NCBI GenBank assembly: GCA_964016885.1
Contig: OZ024742.1
Location: 36,084,001 to 36,148,000 of the forward strand
Source: Eledone cirrhosa
Taxonomy: Eukaryota
Direction of reading: 5' to 3'
DNA length: 64,000 bases
In this document: positions 1 through 14,454 of the stretch, in pieces
Layout of the letters: each line of letters opens with the position of its first letter
How positions within the stretch are numbered: position 1 is the first letter of the stretch
Translations under genes and position numbers: made by a program
The notes under the pieces: generated by a model
Databases searched by the model: none
Told to the model about the DNA's origin: nothing
Seen by the model: only the letters and a program-made list of their open reading frames with translations

Positions 1-104
1 AGATACAGAAGGGAAAACATACCAAACAATATGACTCTCCCCAAGTATAACAATATATATATATATGTGTGTGTGTGGGGGGGTGTGTCTGTGTCTGTGT
101 CTGT

Positions 105-186
<82 letters not shown>

Positions 187-258
187 GGTAAACAACGCAA
201 TCGGTACAGTATATGGAAGGTATATATTAGGTTAACGTTTGATATAGCAGGAAGAGAG

Positions 259-294
259 TCTTAACGTTTCGGACGCTAGTCCTTCATCAGAAGA
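259..294 (-). ncRNA. Minimal type-I hammerhead ribozyme in a Penelope-type terminal repeat fragment (family A, about 182-300)
   Basis: Minus strand reads TCTT-CTGATGA-A-GGAC-TAGC-GTCC-GAAAC-GTT-AAGA: stem I TCTT/AAGA, stem II GGAC/GTCC, palindromic stem III ACGT, GUU triplet. The same family occurs at 28035-28165, 56175-56258 and 61141-61370. Confidence 0.8.
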
Positions 295-633
295 AATAAT
301 GAGAAATAAGATAGATTGAGGGGACGGGCGGGTTGGAATTGGAAAAAAATGTCTTCAGATAAAAATAACAGGTCCATTGATGTTGACATCTCTTGCAAAA
401 CTGTTGGTGCTGGCGTTTTGTGTATATATATATACACAATACATATGTATATATAGAATATAGAAACGGCTTCTACAGGACTAGAACTGTTTCATTCGAG
501 GGAAGTCATCATATTTATATTCGGCTATGTATTGCGTACCTTACTTACTGTGGTTACCCCCGATTGAACCCGGGATACACACACAAACACTCAGGCACAC
601 ACATGTATGTGTGTGTATGTATGTATATGTATG

Positions 634-702
<69 letters not shown>

Positions 703-914
703 CTTATATACATAATGATTGCTTTATCCTGTCAGGTGACACCTGTCTTAGCATGATCTCAATCCCTCCAGCAAATTTACACCCTCCCATGAGAGCGGAT
801 GTGAATTTTCAATCTAATAAGTCATTTAGAAGGTCTTTAGTACAAGTAACAGATGTATGCCAATGTATATACTGGATGTGGAATTTCATGTTAAACTTTC
901 ATATGGCGTTTTAA

Positions 915-2430
915 TCCGGAGGTTGTCTTACATATCTTGCTATAAAGTTGACAAGTAGTCACATCTGGAGGTGCTGGGAGATTTGAAACATTATCTGCTT
1001 GTGTCGTTGTAGTTCATGCATTTTCATATATTTACAAAACCGGTTTTAGAGAGGACACGGTGACAGAAATAGCAATTTCCTATAATCTATATTTTCAAAC
1101 CCTGCCAACTCAACCTTTCTTAGTGCCCCTTTTAATTCTGCTTTTGCTTTTTTCGTTTCATCCAATAATTGACACCCTGATTTAATTGTCTTTCTTCGTG
1201 TATTACGATCAAAAGCTTGCTTTTCCCATTGATTTATATTTAAACCCAGATATTTTACATTTTCCTTAAAACAGTCTTTGTACCTTTTCTTAGGCTCATT
1301 CTGTTGTCTTTTTCCTTGCACAAGCTAACCTTAAAAGATTTCCTTTGGAACCCTTGCATCGTTCAAGCGAACAAGTTACCCTACTTAGCGCACCAGACTC
1401 TTAATAACAAGGGAACTGATTGTAGAACACCTAGGTCTTTGTAAAACTTCAGTGTCAAGTGTCATGTTACTCCATTAATACCTAGGATCTGCTGAAGGCA
1501 CTTTTGCTGGAATGTTTCAAGTATCTTGAAATGCCGCTTCACACCCATACAACATACTGTAAGCACACGTGCCTCATACACAGTTACTTTTTGTCCTCAA
1601 TGTTATGCCTCTGTCTGACCACACCCTTTTCACTAATTTTCCAAAATGGAACACTTGCCTTCTATAATTGAAGATGTATTTCTGCATCTAAACTTCCGTC
1701 CCTTGACAGAGTACTACCTAGATAAACAATAGCGTCCATCATCGGCAGCCTAGACCCATTCACATATATATTTAACACAATATAAGGTTTTCTGGTGCTG
1801 GAGTGTACATCACCATGTTCTTAGTTTATCTTACAGTGAGAGCCCAAAGAGGACATTCTTAAGAACATTTATCCATCGTGTACTACATGTCAGATTCCAA
1901 GTGTACAACAAAGTCTGCATCGTCTCGAATTAATACATTGAATGTCACAGATATATTATTGAATCTTCTTGAATTAAAGACTTGACCTTATGTTCGGAAA
2001 CGTAGGTTTATGCCTCGATTACAGTTGTGGAATGAATAAGCAAAGAGAACAGGAAATTATACTGCAAATAGTGTGGGAGCAGGAATATTCCCTTGCTTAA
2101 AACCGTTGTCTACAGAAATTTGTTCCGAAGGTTTTCCATTAAATACAACCCTGACCTTCATGTCTCGATGAAGTTATTTGAAGATCTGCAGAAACTTCTG
2201 TGGACAGCCTGAGTTACTAAGAATGATCCACGAGGATTCTCTTTTGACTGTATCAAAAGCATTAGTCAAGTCGATAAAAACTTGATACAAAGGCATATGC
2301 TGTTCTAAGCACTTTTTTTGCAGCTATCTCACCGAGATCATATCCACTGTTTCCTTTCCTGCTCTGAAACCAGATGAATTTCTAGAAGAATCAGAGGACA
2401 TATTTTCTGAAAGGTGATTCAGTAATAAGC
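915..2430 (-). pseudogene. Decayed RTE-clade LINE, RT and C-terminal region
   Basis: Minus-strand translation gives GFRAGKETVDMI, FIDLTNAFDTV and KRYKDCFKENVK...WEKQAFDRNTRRK, with many stops and frameshifts. Confidence 0.8.
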
Positions 2431-2486
2431 CTAGATATTGACAACATAAATCAATAACAAAATACACGCACATAAGCGCGCGCGTG

Positions 2487-2594
<108 letters not shown>

Positions 2595-3469
2595 GTATAT
2601 ATATATGTATGTATATATATATATATATATTGTAGTATAAGTTTAGAAGAAATATACAAGGGTAAGAGTTAAGTATAATTAATTACAACAGCGACACATA
2701 CATGTATTTAAGTTTCGTTGGGTTATATACATATTTAAATATATATATATGTGTGTGTGTGTGTCTGTATGAGTGTGTGTGTGAGTGTGTGTGAGAGAGA
2801 GAGTGTGTGTGTGTGTACCTAAAATACTCTAGCGTTTAATTACATAATATATTCGCTGGTAAAAATAGCCATGAATGACCCTGCCACCTCACACACGCAC
2901 ACATGGACACTTATATTTTGATACAGATATACACCCTCTTACACATACTAGCCTCATTCATTCTATTCTCGGTCGCCATTGTAAGTATTAAGATATATAC
3001 GGTATGAACTGAAAAGCCACCATACATCTCTTTTGAAGTGAGATACAATATTAATTAGTAAGTAATTAATTAGGAAAAAGTTTCATTCACTATTCAATGG
3101 TGATATTGGTAGGCATAGGCAATGAGAGCAGAGCATAATAGAAGAACACAGAACAGCCAAGAGTAGAGATGATCAGCCAAAAGAACTCAATACTTCAATA
3201 GAGATGGAAATCTGTTATGTATCATCCTAATAATAAATTCTATAGTACTATACTAACAGATAGTAATCATGTAAATAGAAATGTGAACTTCTGATTGATT
3301 GAAGAAATGTTGGAAAAATTGGATATTTAAAATGACTACAACAGTAATCGATCACAATCAATAATACTAGAGAAAATCGGATAACGTAGACTTAAAGATG
3401 GATTCCGCGTATATGGAAAACAGTTGGGCTTTCAAAGTTAGACTGTGTAGTTTACAATGATAATTGCTT

Positions 3470-3645
3470 CTTTTTTTGGCACAAGGCCAACAATTACCCC
3501 CAGTGCATTACTGGTGCTATATTTTATCGACCCCGTAAGGATGAAAGACAAAGTTAACCTCGGCGGGATTTGAACTCAGATCATAAATGGCCGTAACTCT
3601 ATGATGCAAAGCATGGCGTCCGACCCTCTACCGATATTGCCAAAA
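3470..3645 (-). mobile_element. tRNA-derived SINE (family S1)
   Basis: Reverse complement carries B-box GAGTTCAAATCC and body CATCCTTACGGGGTCGATAAAAT, shared with copies at 12900, 15371, 49588, 50620 and 60505. Confidence 0.85.
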
Positions 3646-3906
3646 TGATAATATCGTTAGAAAAGCATATGGAACATAGAACACTCTGAAAAGACGAAGA
3701 CGTGGACAGTTCCTATCGTTGTTTTCCACTCCAGCGTCTGTCGTGGTTTTATCCAGAATAGCTATCTTCTTTTAGATACTATTGGAGCAATGGGAAAATA
3801 GTCTTGTCGTTAAAGTGTCCTAAACTATGATGAATCCCAGAAATCAATCGATGAGCGAGAACTATCCATGTGTCCTTTTTTTCCCAAGTTTTCGATGTCT
3901 TTTTAA

Positions 3907-4256
<350 letters not shown>

Positions 4257-4638
4257 ATATATATATATACTAAATTATGTTTTAAAAACCAGCAATCAAA
4301 CATTAACTAATACACATGAGCTGAGTGCAAGATTTGTTGAAGAGAAAAGTAATAGTAACTTCGAAGTTTTAGCTATTGCTTCAGCTAATACACAGATGGA
4401 ATCTTCCCTGATACCAAAGATGATAACAGTAAAAGGTTTATTTATTTTCTGTTTATATCCATTGCAGCACCAAAATATTTTAGTTGCCAAAATCAAGATC
4501 ACCTAAACAAACATGATACATTCACTGTTTTCATCATTTTATCGCATAATCAGCTTCTCTCTATTGTCTGGCTTCAGGTATTGGATGATAGCCCAAGTTA
4601 TTGTGCAGTAGTAGACTTCTTAACTTGTCTTCCAATTC

Positions 4639-4935
4639 TGAGGCCATACATATATTTATGTATATATGTATGTATGAGGCTATACATATATTTATGTATA
4701 TATGTATGTATGAGGCTATACATATATTTATGTATATATGTATGTATGTATGAGGCCATACATATATTTATGTATATATGTATGTATGAGGCGATACATA
4801 TATTTATGTATATATGTATGTATGTATGAGGCCATACATATATTTACGTATATATGTATGTATGAGGCGATACATATATTTATGTATATATGTATGTATG
4901 TATGAGGCCATACATATATTTATGTATATATGTAT
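4639..4935. repeat. Minisatellite, 36-40 bp unit TGAGGCCATACATATATTTATGTATATATGTATGTA, about 8 copies
   Basis: Directly visible tandem units. Confidence 0.9.
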
Positions 4936-4944
4936 CTATGTATC

Positions 4945-5240
4945 TCTAGGAGAAGGTCACTCTGATATAAAACCTGCAACTTTGTTTGCATCCATTGGCG
5001 TAGACCAGTTCTTCTTTTGGAGCAAATACATTCGATGTTCAAAGGGTCCGATTGGTCCCGTGCAAAGCCTTTCCTCACTTAATAAGCTTCAAGTACAGGC
5101 ATCGCTTGATGTGACATTTTCTGCGATGCATGGCATTGCTGGCCACAGGCAAGTCCCTAGCAGGACTAACAAGCCACGTCCATGATGCTCATGCTTAAGT
5201 AGCAAGTGATGGTATTACTCGAAATCGAGTTGCAGCCATC
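4945..5240 (+). mobile_element. Diverged copy of non-coding retroposon family S3
   Basis: CTAGGAGAAGG...GATATAAAACCTGC...CTTTCCTCACTT...GCAGCCATCAT is shared with 28714-29195 and 62362-62697. Confidence 0.6.
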
Positions 5241-5284
5241 ATGTATGCATGTATACTTGTATGTATAATATGTATGTCTGTCTG

Positions 5285-5708
5285 TTATCTCTTTCTCTTA
5301 ATTTCGAGTATATTTTTTTGACCGGCCACCTTCCTGGTGGCAAGGTTGTAAAAGAAAAGAAATTGTGATCCCTTGAATTGCAAGAATGTTTTGCAAATTT
5401 TGAAGGTGCCAGCTGTCGTAGACATTTGTAGACTATGAATTAGGGAGCTGCGCTTTTTGTCCGCAAATCCAAGTTCAGTCATACTTTGGTCCAAGCGGTT
5501 TGGTATATAACCCGTAGCTCCAATAATGATGGGTATGAAGCTAAAGGTGTATCTTGGATACTGGATTTGTAAACTCCTCATCAATGGTCCGTAGATGTCC
5601 TCCTTCTCCTGTATTTTTCTGACAACGTTTACATCAAGTGGGCAGATGATCTCCACAACAGAACACGTTTTCAATGTGTGGTCCCAAACAATAATATCAG
5701 GCCGGTTG
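5285..5708 (-). pseudogene. 5'-truncated RLE-type non-LTR retrotransposon (PD-(D/E)xK endonuclease end) abutting (TACA)n
   Basis: NRPDIIVWD...VVEIICPLD...EKEDIY...IPIIIGATG motif in ORF 5285..6067(-). Confidence 0.85.
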
Positions 5709-5807
5709 TATGTATGCATGTATGTATGTATGTATGTATGTATGTATGTATGTATGTATGTATGTATGTATGTATGTATGTATGTATGTATGTATGTATG
5801 TATGTGT

Positions 5808-6340
5808 ATAAAGAGGTATAAGGATTCCTTGAAAGCCTCTTTGAAAGACGCTAACATCTCTGCTGATACATGGGAAAATGTTGCTGCTGATCGTAATAAA
5901 TGGAGAAAGACCGTATATGAGGGAAAAGTTGCCTTTGAGGCATCTCGAATCGCACACGAAAAAGTAAAGCGGGATGTGAAGAAGGGCATTGCTGTTGCAC
6001 TTCCAGACGGCGAGGGTCCTCCTATGGTGCTGACATGCAGCGTCTGTGCGAGACTCTGCCTAAGCAAAGCTGGACTCGAAAGTCATCTTCGCAGTCATAA
6101 AGTAAGACCAGTGGTTGACTACCAGGCTGCTGTTGGAGATGCTACTCATCATGCTTGCCAACATGTGGTAGAGAACGTAAATCAGCAGGAGGGCTCAAGC
6201 GACATGTAAAAAAAGTACATGAACTCCAACCAAGCCGGCTATTCCCAGTGAATGTTTTGGTTGCCGACTCTGTGCAAGACATTTTAGATCATTGGCTGGG
6301 CTAAAAAGCCACATTCGATCGCAGCACTGTTAGTTGCTAT
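5808..6340 (+). pseudogene. RTE-clade LINE 3' end with C-terminal C2H2 zinc fingers
   Basis: KRYKDSLKASLK...WENVAADRNKWRK, followed by CSVCARLCLSKAGLESHLRSH and two further frameshifted fingers. Confidence 0.8.
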
Positions 6341-6691
6341 CGTGTGTGTGTGTGTAGATATATGTTTATGTGTGCGCGTGTGTGTGTATATATATATGTA
6401 TATGTATATTATTATTGTTGTTGTTGTCGTTATTATTATTGTTGTTATTATTATTATTATTATTATGGCCGCACATGTGTGAAGACAGTACAAATCTGCG
6501 GGGGAAAAGGTTCTTAACTTTAAGCTGTTTTAAAGTGTCATTTTTTGTATTTTCTTGTCGTTAACGAAACTTAAGGTACACATCTTGATTTAAAGAGAGG
6601 GATACCTCTCAATATTCGGGCTTTAAGCCCGAATATTCACAATTATTTTTAAAAACTTCGAAAAAAATCACTTCCCCACCAAAAGAAAATT

Positions 6692-8697
6692 ATGGAAATT
6701 TTCGACCTTGAAACGGTAAACAACGTTCAGGTCAAAAGTTTAAAGGCAGCCACTGCAGATTTCACCACGACTACGACGGCTATAGTCATGCCTGTCATCC
6801 ACTCTACTTAATGTGAAGGCAAAACTCAAAAGCTACCGTCACAACCTTCTGTGATAGCAGCAGTATCATCTGAAAACGACAGCACCACCACCGCCACCAC
6901 CACCACCACAACAACAACTCAGAGCAATAACGACAATAACACCGACAGCTTCAATGTAAACAAGGATGGCGATGGCAACACCAATAACAACAGCAAGAAT
7001 GACAACAACAACAATAAGAGCATCAGAAACACCACATTTGCTGCAGCAGCAGCAAAAGCAAAGCGCTTATTGAATATTGATATTGATATTAGCGATAAAG
7101 ACGAACAGTTTGCCAAAGCGTGGAGGCTAATTAAACGGGAGAAGTCCTGGGCAAACCTGACCATCCCGGACGAGGCAATAGCGGCCATGCAAAGGAGGAC
7201 GGTGTTCTTTCGATGTATTTCGGTGCAGACACGAAAAGTGGAACTTGCGAGCCAAGCAGAGGTAGAGGCTGCTTTGGAGAACATCGGAAGTAACATAGAG
7301 TACAAAGCAAGAGGCAAACAGTTCGGTACCATCTCGGTACTGTTCAAAATCGAGGCCCTCGCTATTAAGCACTCGGTGACCCCTGCAGAACGGAACGCAT
7401 TATCATGCATCCGTCCTATATGGGTAAAAGGACAGTGAAGGTACGCATTCCCAGCATCCCACCAGGAATGAACATATGGTGGCTGCTGGGATGCGTAATC
7501 GAGGAGGGGACAGACACTACCCTCCTGGACATCAAAAGGACAGAGAGAGAGGACTGGTCCGGAATGGATTTGGAGATTCTTCTCCAAATGAAACCGGAGG
7601 ATATGAATAACATCCCGGATTTTGCCCGCCTGCAGGACGGGACAACAATCCAACTAATGATTGACGGAAGAAGGCCACGCTGCTTCGTCTGCGGGGAAGC
7701 AACGCATTTTCAAGCCTTCTGCCCTCAGCGCAAAAATGCAGGGGGTCGCAAACCTCCTTTGTTGCCAACACCAGTGTCAGCACGGAAAGCTGCACCACCA
7801 CCACCACCAAAAACAACATCAACAAAAACACGGACACCAACATCAAAAGCAGCCGGATCACCACCAACACCAAAACCAATCCAAGGAGAAAACGAGGAAA
7901 GCTCTCCCACTCCCCCTACCCCCCCCCCCCAATTATACACATAGACAAAACAATAAACGCACACACAGACACAGAGACACTCACAGACACAGACTCTTTG
8001 TCTTCCAGCAGCGAAGATGAAGGAAAACCCAAAAGTGCAAAAAAACAGAGAAATCTCACAAAAAAAAAAAGCCCCAACAAAACACAAAAACACACACAAC
8101 AAAAAATACAGACACCACTAACGCAAACACTTCCCCAATAACATCATCACCAACAACAACATCGACAATCCTCCACAATCCTCGAAACGCAAACAACCTA
8201 AACAAACACAAGTACAAATAAACACACAAATACATGAAATTGCAGACACCACACCTACAACAAACATAGACATACCCGAAACAACAGCACCAAAACCATC
8301 GCCACCACCTTCACCAAAACGAAAACAAATAAAACCACACCAACAAAATGTTAAAAACTTCGTGCTTGTCAGAAGGGCCAACGATAAACTGATGGCCCTC
8401 TTAGCGCGAAGCGAGGACATTCAAACAGAGGGGGAGATTTTTGAAATGAGCACATTTTGCGTGCCAGAAGATTTGCTTCTGGTCCGAATGTCACTCAATT
8501 CTTTCAAAGAAATTCGAGAGAGCTTTCCTCAAGACGTGGGAACCCCGTATCTGAAACCCACATCAAGACTTTTAAAGGGATTCCCAAAAGAAACCCCACC
8601 AACCATGGAGGTCGAACCACCCGACCTTCACAAGACCCGAGAGGTAAGTAAACCTTCCCCCTCTCTCTCTCTTAGCTTACCAATATGGTCATATTAA
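6692..8697 (+). pseudogene. Tx1-like ORF1 (gag-like, zinc knuckle), frameshifted
   Basis: RPRCFVCGEATHFQAFCP (CX2CX4HX4C) in ORF 7405..7944, with a low-complexity Pro/Thr/Lys tail. Boundaries are approximate. Confidence 0.75.
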
Positions 8698-11600
8698 GAG
8701 TAGGAAGTTTAAATGTTCGCGGCCTGGGGTCACCCTGGAAGCAGGGTCGCCTGCTCAACGACCTCCGGTCGCTGGAAATGGATGTGATTGCTGTAAGCGA
8801 GACCAGAATTTCCAACACGCGCGCACTAGCCCCCATTTTCGACGACTATCAGATCTTCGCATCTGTTAGCAGGCCGGGAATGGGGGGTGGGGTGGCAGTG
8901 CTGTTTAGGAAAGGACTGGATCTCAAGGTAAGGTCGATCTTCCGGGACCGGGACGGTAAGTTGGTGGTCTTGGATGTGAGCAGTAGCGAAGGTGGTGCCT
9001 TTAGACTGCTGGCCGTCTACGCCCCTACAGGGGCCGGACGACCTTACTTCTTTAGGCGCCTGGAGACCTTTCTGGGTACGTCTCGCCCTTTACTGTTAAC
9101 GGGGGACTGGAATGGCATCTTAGACGCACGCTGGGATTGTGTGGGAGTAGCCGATAGGAGCGGGGGGTGCAAAAGCCTCAAGCACCTACTCAGCCAGTTC
9201 CAACTGTCTGACAGGTATCGACTAGATTTCCCCAATGTGCCAGTATGGATATGGACCAACCGAATGGGGTCATCTAGATCGTATATAGACAGGATCTTCA
9301 TTAGGAAAATAGATAGAAATAGTGTGGGCTGTCCACTTTTTAAAACGGTCGCCTATTCAGATCACAAATTTGTGATCTGTACGGTCGACCTAAATAAAAC
9401 GCGTAGGTTAGGACCGGGTTACTGGAAGCTGAACATGTCATTTCCGGCACGTAAGGCTTACAGGGACCGAGTCAACAATTTAGTTAAGCAAAAGTTGACA
9501 GGGGGGATCATCAACAACAGATGATGAGTGGCTCTCAAAAGAGAGATTAGAGTAACTTCGATAGAGTTCAGCAAAGAACTAGCGCTAGAGAAAAATAGAA
9601 AGGAGGGGGAGCTGGTAGATAAGTTAGACGAGGCTATTTGTAGTGGCATCGCAACTGACGTGCTAGCGGCGAGAATGGCATTAGACCATTTCTTCAATGC
9701 CAAACACGAAGGTTGCATTGTCAGAGCTAAGGCGCGTGCGCTGAGAAACGAGGGAAGTAAAGCTGTTCGATGGGCCCGCGTGGCGGAGGCGCAGCGTGGT
9801 AATAAAACCACAATTCGGTCTTTGGCGGACCGAGACGGACACGAGATAAGCGATTCCAAGCGGATCTGTGAGGCCTTTCGCCAGCACTTTGCTCGGTTGT
9901 TCAGAGAGAGTGGCGAGTCAGAGAGAGTAGCGGATTTCAGTCCCTACCTTGACGGCCTGCCGCGCATCTCGACGGTCGACGCTGAGCGCTGCGAAAGGCC
10001 AATTACTTCAGCCGAAATTCAGGACGCCCTTGTCGGCTGCACGAGGCGCAAGTCACTCGGTTTGGATGGCCTGCCCTACGAGCTTTACGTAAATATGCCA
10101 GACTTGTTCTCCGAACTCCTCGAAGCACTCTACTGCAACTGGCAGCAGAATGGGAGTATCCCCAGTTCTGTGAGCATGGGAGTGGTGACGCTGATAGGAA
10201 AGACGAGAACAAGAGGGATACATTAGACAACTTCAGGCCCATAACTTTGCTCAACACAGAGTTTAAGATTTTAGCCAAGGTATTAGCAAAGAGATTGGCG
10301 CTTGTCGTCGAGGATTTGGTTGGGGAGGCGCAAACTTGCGCAATACCAGCCAGGTTCAGACACGACAATCTCCACCTCATGCGATACATCATAGAGAGGG
10401 TAGGGTGTAAACCTGGCTTAGGTGAGGCACTGATCAATTTAGATCAATCGAAAGCATTCGATAGGGTCGACCATCGGTATCTGGAGTTTGTCCTCAAAGC
10501 AGCTGGCTTCGGCCCTGTCTTTAGAAGCTGGATCGTTGCAATGCACAGCGACACATGCTCGGTGATCAAGGTTAATGGCCACCTCTCGGAACCATTTCGG
10601 CTCTCCCGATCGGTCCGTCAAGAGTGCCCTCTCTCTTCCCTTCTGTACGTATTGACTCTCGAGCCTTTCCTGCGGAAGCTGGAGCTGTTGCAGGGCATCC
10701 CGCTGAACCGGGACGTGGAAAGGCGGTGTCGGCTTATGCGGACGACATCACCGTGATGGTGTCGAACACCTCAGAAATCGAGGTGGTCGGCACCTTATTG
10801 AAGGAATATGAAAGGTTGACAGGAGCCAAACTTAACCCGGAAAAGTCGGTGGGCTTGCAGCTCGGAACCTGGAGAGGCAAGCCCATGCCGTCCAACAGCG
10901 TCGTGGGGTGCTGGACGGAAGGACCGGTAAAGTTGCTCGGGGTTTGGTTCGGACCAGACCTCCAGGTGGAAAAGAATTGGGACGAGGTAACGAGCAGAGT
11001 AGCCAGTCTCACCCAAAAATGGGCTGGGAGGAAGCTATCACTGAAAGGTCGCGCGGAGGTGGCGAATGCGTACATCGCGTCCGTCATCTACTACTGCCTG
11101 ACCGTCGTGCCTTGCCCCCGTCCGCGCCTCGTCAAGCTGGAACGGCTCCTCTTCAAATTCTTGTGGAGGGGACAAGTTCCGTTGGTGAGGCAGTCCATCT
11201 GCTGCCAGCACCCTCTACGTGGAGGGCTGGGCATTCCGTGGCTAATGATGCGCAGACATGCGTTGAGGCTGCGACATCTCCAGATATTCTGCCTCAACGG
11301 TGAACAGGTGTGGTCGCCGTTTATCAGACGGGCCTTTCCGCAGCTCATTTCTTTGACTGAGCTGCAGTCCTGGGTCAAGAAGAGACCGAGACTGGGTGAC
11401 TGGCACCTGGAATGTTGCCAGGCACTCACTGCCCTCTACCAAGCGGGCAATGCGATCAGTGGAACTTCCACTCTCGAGTTCTATAGAGGATTAGTGGTGG
11501 GAAAGTGCGATGACGCACTCGGAGAAGCTTTGGGCCTCGACGAAGTCGAACTGACCAGTCTGTACCGGAGGACTTTTGAGCCGATGGACAATTTCCAGAA

Positions 11601-12116
11601 ATCCCTCGCTTGGCAGTGCTACCGGGGGGGGGGGGGGCACTGCCGGTTCGGGATAAACTCTACAGGCACGGAAGTGCTGTCAGACGGACCTGCCCAAGAT
11701 GCGCACAGAACGACGAAACCGTTCTGCGCGCACTTGTCCAATGTCCGTGCACTACTGACTTGTGGAATTATGTCGAACAGCTACTGTCGCGTGTGGAACG
11801 AATCCGGCTATCGGCCGAGTCCATAGTGAAGATCGATCCACCGCCTTCCTAAGGTCAGGAAGAGCAGGAAATTTTCCTCTGTCTGGTGGCAGTTGCGAAA
11901 GAGATTATATGGTGGACCAGGTTGAAAGGACTAAAGACAGACACTTTTCTCTTCGGCCAATCCCTCATCAACTTCTTCAAGTTTCACCTGAAAAGGAAGG
12001 TGAGGGTGGAGAGAGAAGTGCTGCCCCCCCCCCCCCCCAGTACATTTGCTAAAAGGTGGGTGAATGTGGCGAGAATGGCTCGTGTGAATGGGCCTACTCT
12101 GACCATGCGCCTATAG
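8685..12116 (+). pseudogene. Tx1-like ORF2 (APE endonuclease + reverse transcriptase + C-terminal Cys motif), broken by stops and frameshifts
   Basis: SLNVRGL, SET, GDWN, YIDRIF, SDHK (APE); GPGYWKLN; GLDGLPYE, NLDQSKAFDRVDH, VRQECPLS, AYADDIT (RT); GGLG; CPRC. Confidence 0.92.
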
Positions 12117-12899
12117 GCTGGCTAACTTGAGGAGAGGGGTGCTCTCCCTGGGTGCCCTAGAAGCGCAGGGTGGTTCAGGATTGGTGGGGTACCTGAAGCA
12201 CCCCAGGGTCGTACACCCCCTATCGGGGAATTTATTTTGCATAATTTATTTTATATTTTTATATTTTCATTGTTAAATTAGTCTTGCCATTGTGCACTTT
12301 TACTCGACCTTATTGTAAACCCCCACTGTCCCTGTCTTTGTATTGTCCCCTACATGTCGGCCCTGGTGGCTAATAAATGAAATCATTATTATTATTATTG
12401 TTATTAATGTATATGTGTGTATGTATATATGTGTGTATATATGTATATGTATGTGTATATAATATATATATATATTTCTTTTTTTTAATTTTATTTTATT
12501 TTTTATTTATTTATTAATATTTTTTTTCTCCTCGTGCAATGGCCATATTCGATAACGAGGGGGCAGCCATCATCATGTGTGTATGTATGTACGTAGGTAT
12601 ATATATATATATATATATATATGCATGTACGTATGTATGTAGTTTAATGGATTGTAACTTTACGTTCCAGAGTCGGGCCCGATCGATACGGATCGCCCCT
12701 TGAGCTGATGAATCGCGAAACGCACGTCACACCTGCATAAACTTAATGAGGATACTCTGACACCTCGTTTCTACCTATTACACACACACACACACACACA
12801 TTAATATATATATATATACATACATACATACATATTTATATATTTGTTGCTATTTTTTTTAAATAATTGTTTCTACTTTAGGCACAAGGCCAGCATGAT

Positions 12900-13110
12900 T
12901 TCTAGTATAGGCACAAGGCCAGTAATTTGGGGGGAGGGGAAAGTCGATTAAACGACCCCAGTACGTTACTGGTGCTTTATTTTATCGACCCCGTAAGGAT
13001 GAAAGGCAAAGTTAACCTCGGTGGGATTTGAACTCAGAACGTAAAGGGACATAACTCTATGCTGCAAAACATGGTGTCCGACGCTCTACTGATACTGCCA
13101 ATCCACCGCA
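12900..13110 (-). mobile_element. tRNA-derived SINE (family S1)
   Basis: Reverse complement of GCGGTGGATTGGCAGTATC...GAGTTCAAATCCC...GGGGTCGATAAAAT...GGCCTTGTGCCTA. Confidence 0.9.
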
Positions 13111-13903
13111 AATAGTAATAATATCTATATATACATACTGACACATTAAACGACGTACATATTACGTATTTTTTAAAGTCACTTTCAAATGACAAATCTA
13201 ATTTTATTGAGGTTTATTCACGTACAATCGACAGAACAAATGAACAATAACAATAAAAATGAACAAAATCTTTTATTGATTTCAATCATTTGCCTAGTTT
13301 GCTGTCATACTGACACAACACATTCCAATATATTGCTATTGAGAAAGAGAGGAAAAAGAATGAGAAAGGGCTGAGAGTAAGGGAGAGAATAAAAGAGATA
13401 GAATGAATACAGATTGAAGATTAATAGTAGAATACGTGTGAGAAAAACTGAGAGAAAGGAGAATTGTATATGAGAGAGAGGGGGAGAAATTAGGAAAGCG
13501 AGAGGCAAGGAAAGAGTGGTAGAACTTATACAAAGTGAAGAAAGTAGTTTCTTTAAAATTTGAACTAGATCTGTTATTCGTTGGGCCGATTATTTATTGT
13601 TCAATATAAACCAACAGTTCGCTGGAAATGCTTATTCAGTAATATATTACTGTAACTCTGAATGCATCCAATTTCAGAAGAAATTGTTCAAGGAATCTAT
13701 ATTATTCATAAAATATTTTGTAGTGTGTGCAACAATGTACTGCTACTTTCATGAAATGCCCGGATATCTGTGCTATTTTATATATAAAATGAACTATTGT
13801 TTTTACAATCGAAATACAGAATAGATTTGAAGTTATAACTCCCCAGTGTTTTTCTTGGAATCATTCCACTTTATCAAGTAAAAGTTTAGAAGAATCACAA
13901 ATG

Positions 13904-13987
<84 letters not shown>

Positions 13988-14198
13988 TGTGTGTGTGGGG
14001 GGGGGGGTGTATGACGAGAGGGAGGGAGATGGGTAAATAGGTAATAAATAGATATTCCCAGAAATATCTTCGGTTTAATAAAATATAAACCATTATTGAT
14101 TCTTTTCGATATAAGTTTTGTCTTGTTTTGTTTTCTAAATTTTTCGACGATGTTCTTAGTATTTAAACTGTTCAAATAATGATATATATATAATTATG

Positions 14199-14420
14199 TG
14201 AAGGCGTGTGGCTGAGTGGTTAGAGAATTGGATTCACAATCTTGAGGTTGTGAGTTTGATTCCTAGACCGGGCGATGCGTTATGTCCTTGAGCAAGACAC
14301 TTTATTTCACATTGCTCTTTCTACCTGGAGTTGCGACCGATAGATAGTACTGGTAACTGGAAAGACCAACGGAAACATTGTTTCCTCGGTCCGATTTCAC
14401 GAAAGTCGATGGATTCGTTT
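14199..14420 (+). mobile_element. tRNA-derived SINE (family S2)
   Basis: A-box TGGCTGAGTGG, B-box-like GAGTTTGATTCC, body TGTCCTTGAGCAAGACACTTTA. Another copy at 55543-55715 and a likely fragment at 24765-24840(-). Confidence 0.8.
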
Positions 14421-14454
14421 TATATAATTATTCTAATTATTTTTAATATTCAGC

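Larger units (their letters stand above)
6466..12385 (+). mobile_element. Near full-length, disrupted Tx1/L1-clade LINE inserted in (ATT)n
   Basis: ORF1 with CCHC knuckle, ORF2 APE-RT, 3' AATAAA, and (ATT)n on both flanks. Confidence 0.9.

Noticed and set aside
4639-4935. CRISPR-like appearance of regularly spaced 36-40 bp repeats
   Set aside because: There are no unique spacers and no cas genes, and the context is eukaryotic; it is a minisatellite.
12705-12728. CTGATGA-ATCGC-GAAAC-GCAC-GTC as a stand-alone hammerhead
   Set aside because: There is no stem I or II. The homolog at 50444-50528 shows this CTGAT-A is part of stem II and the true core lies upstream, where it is decayed here.
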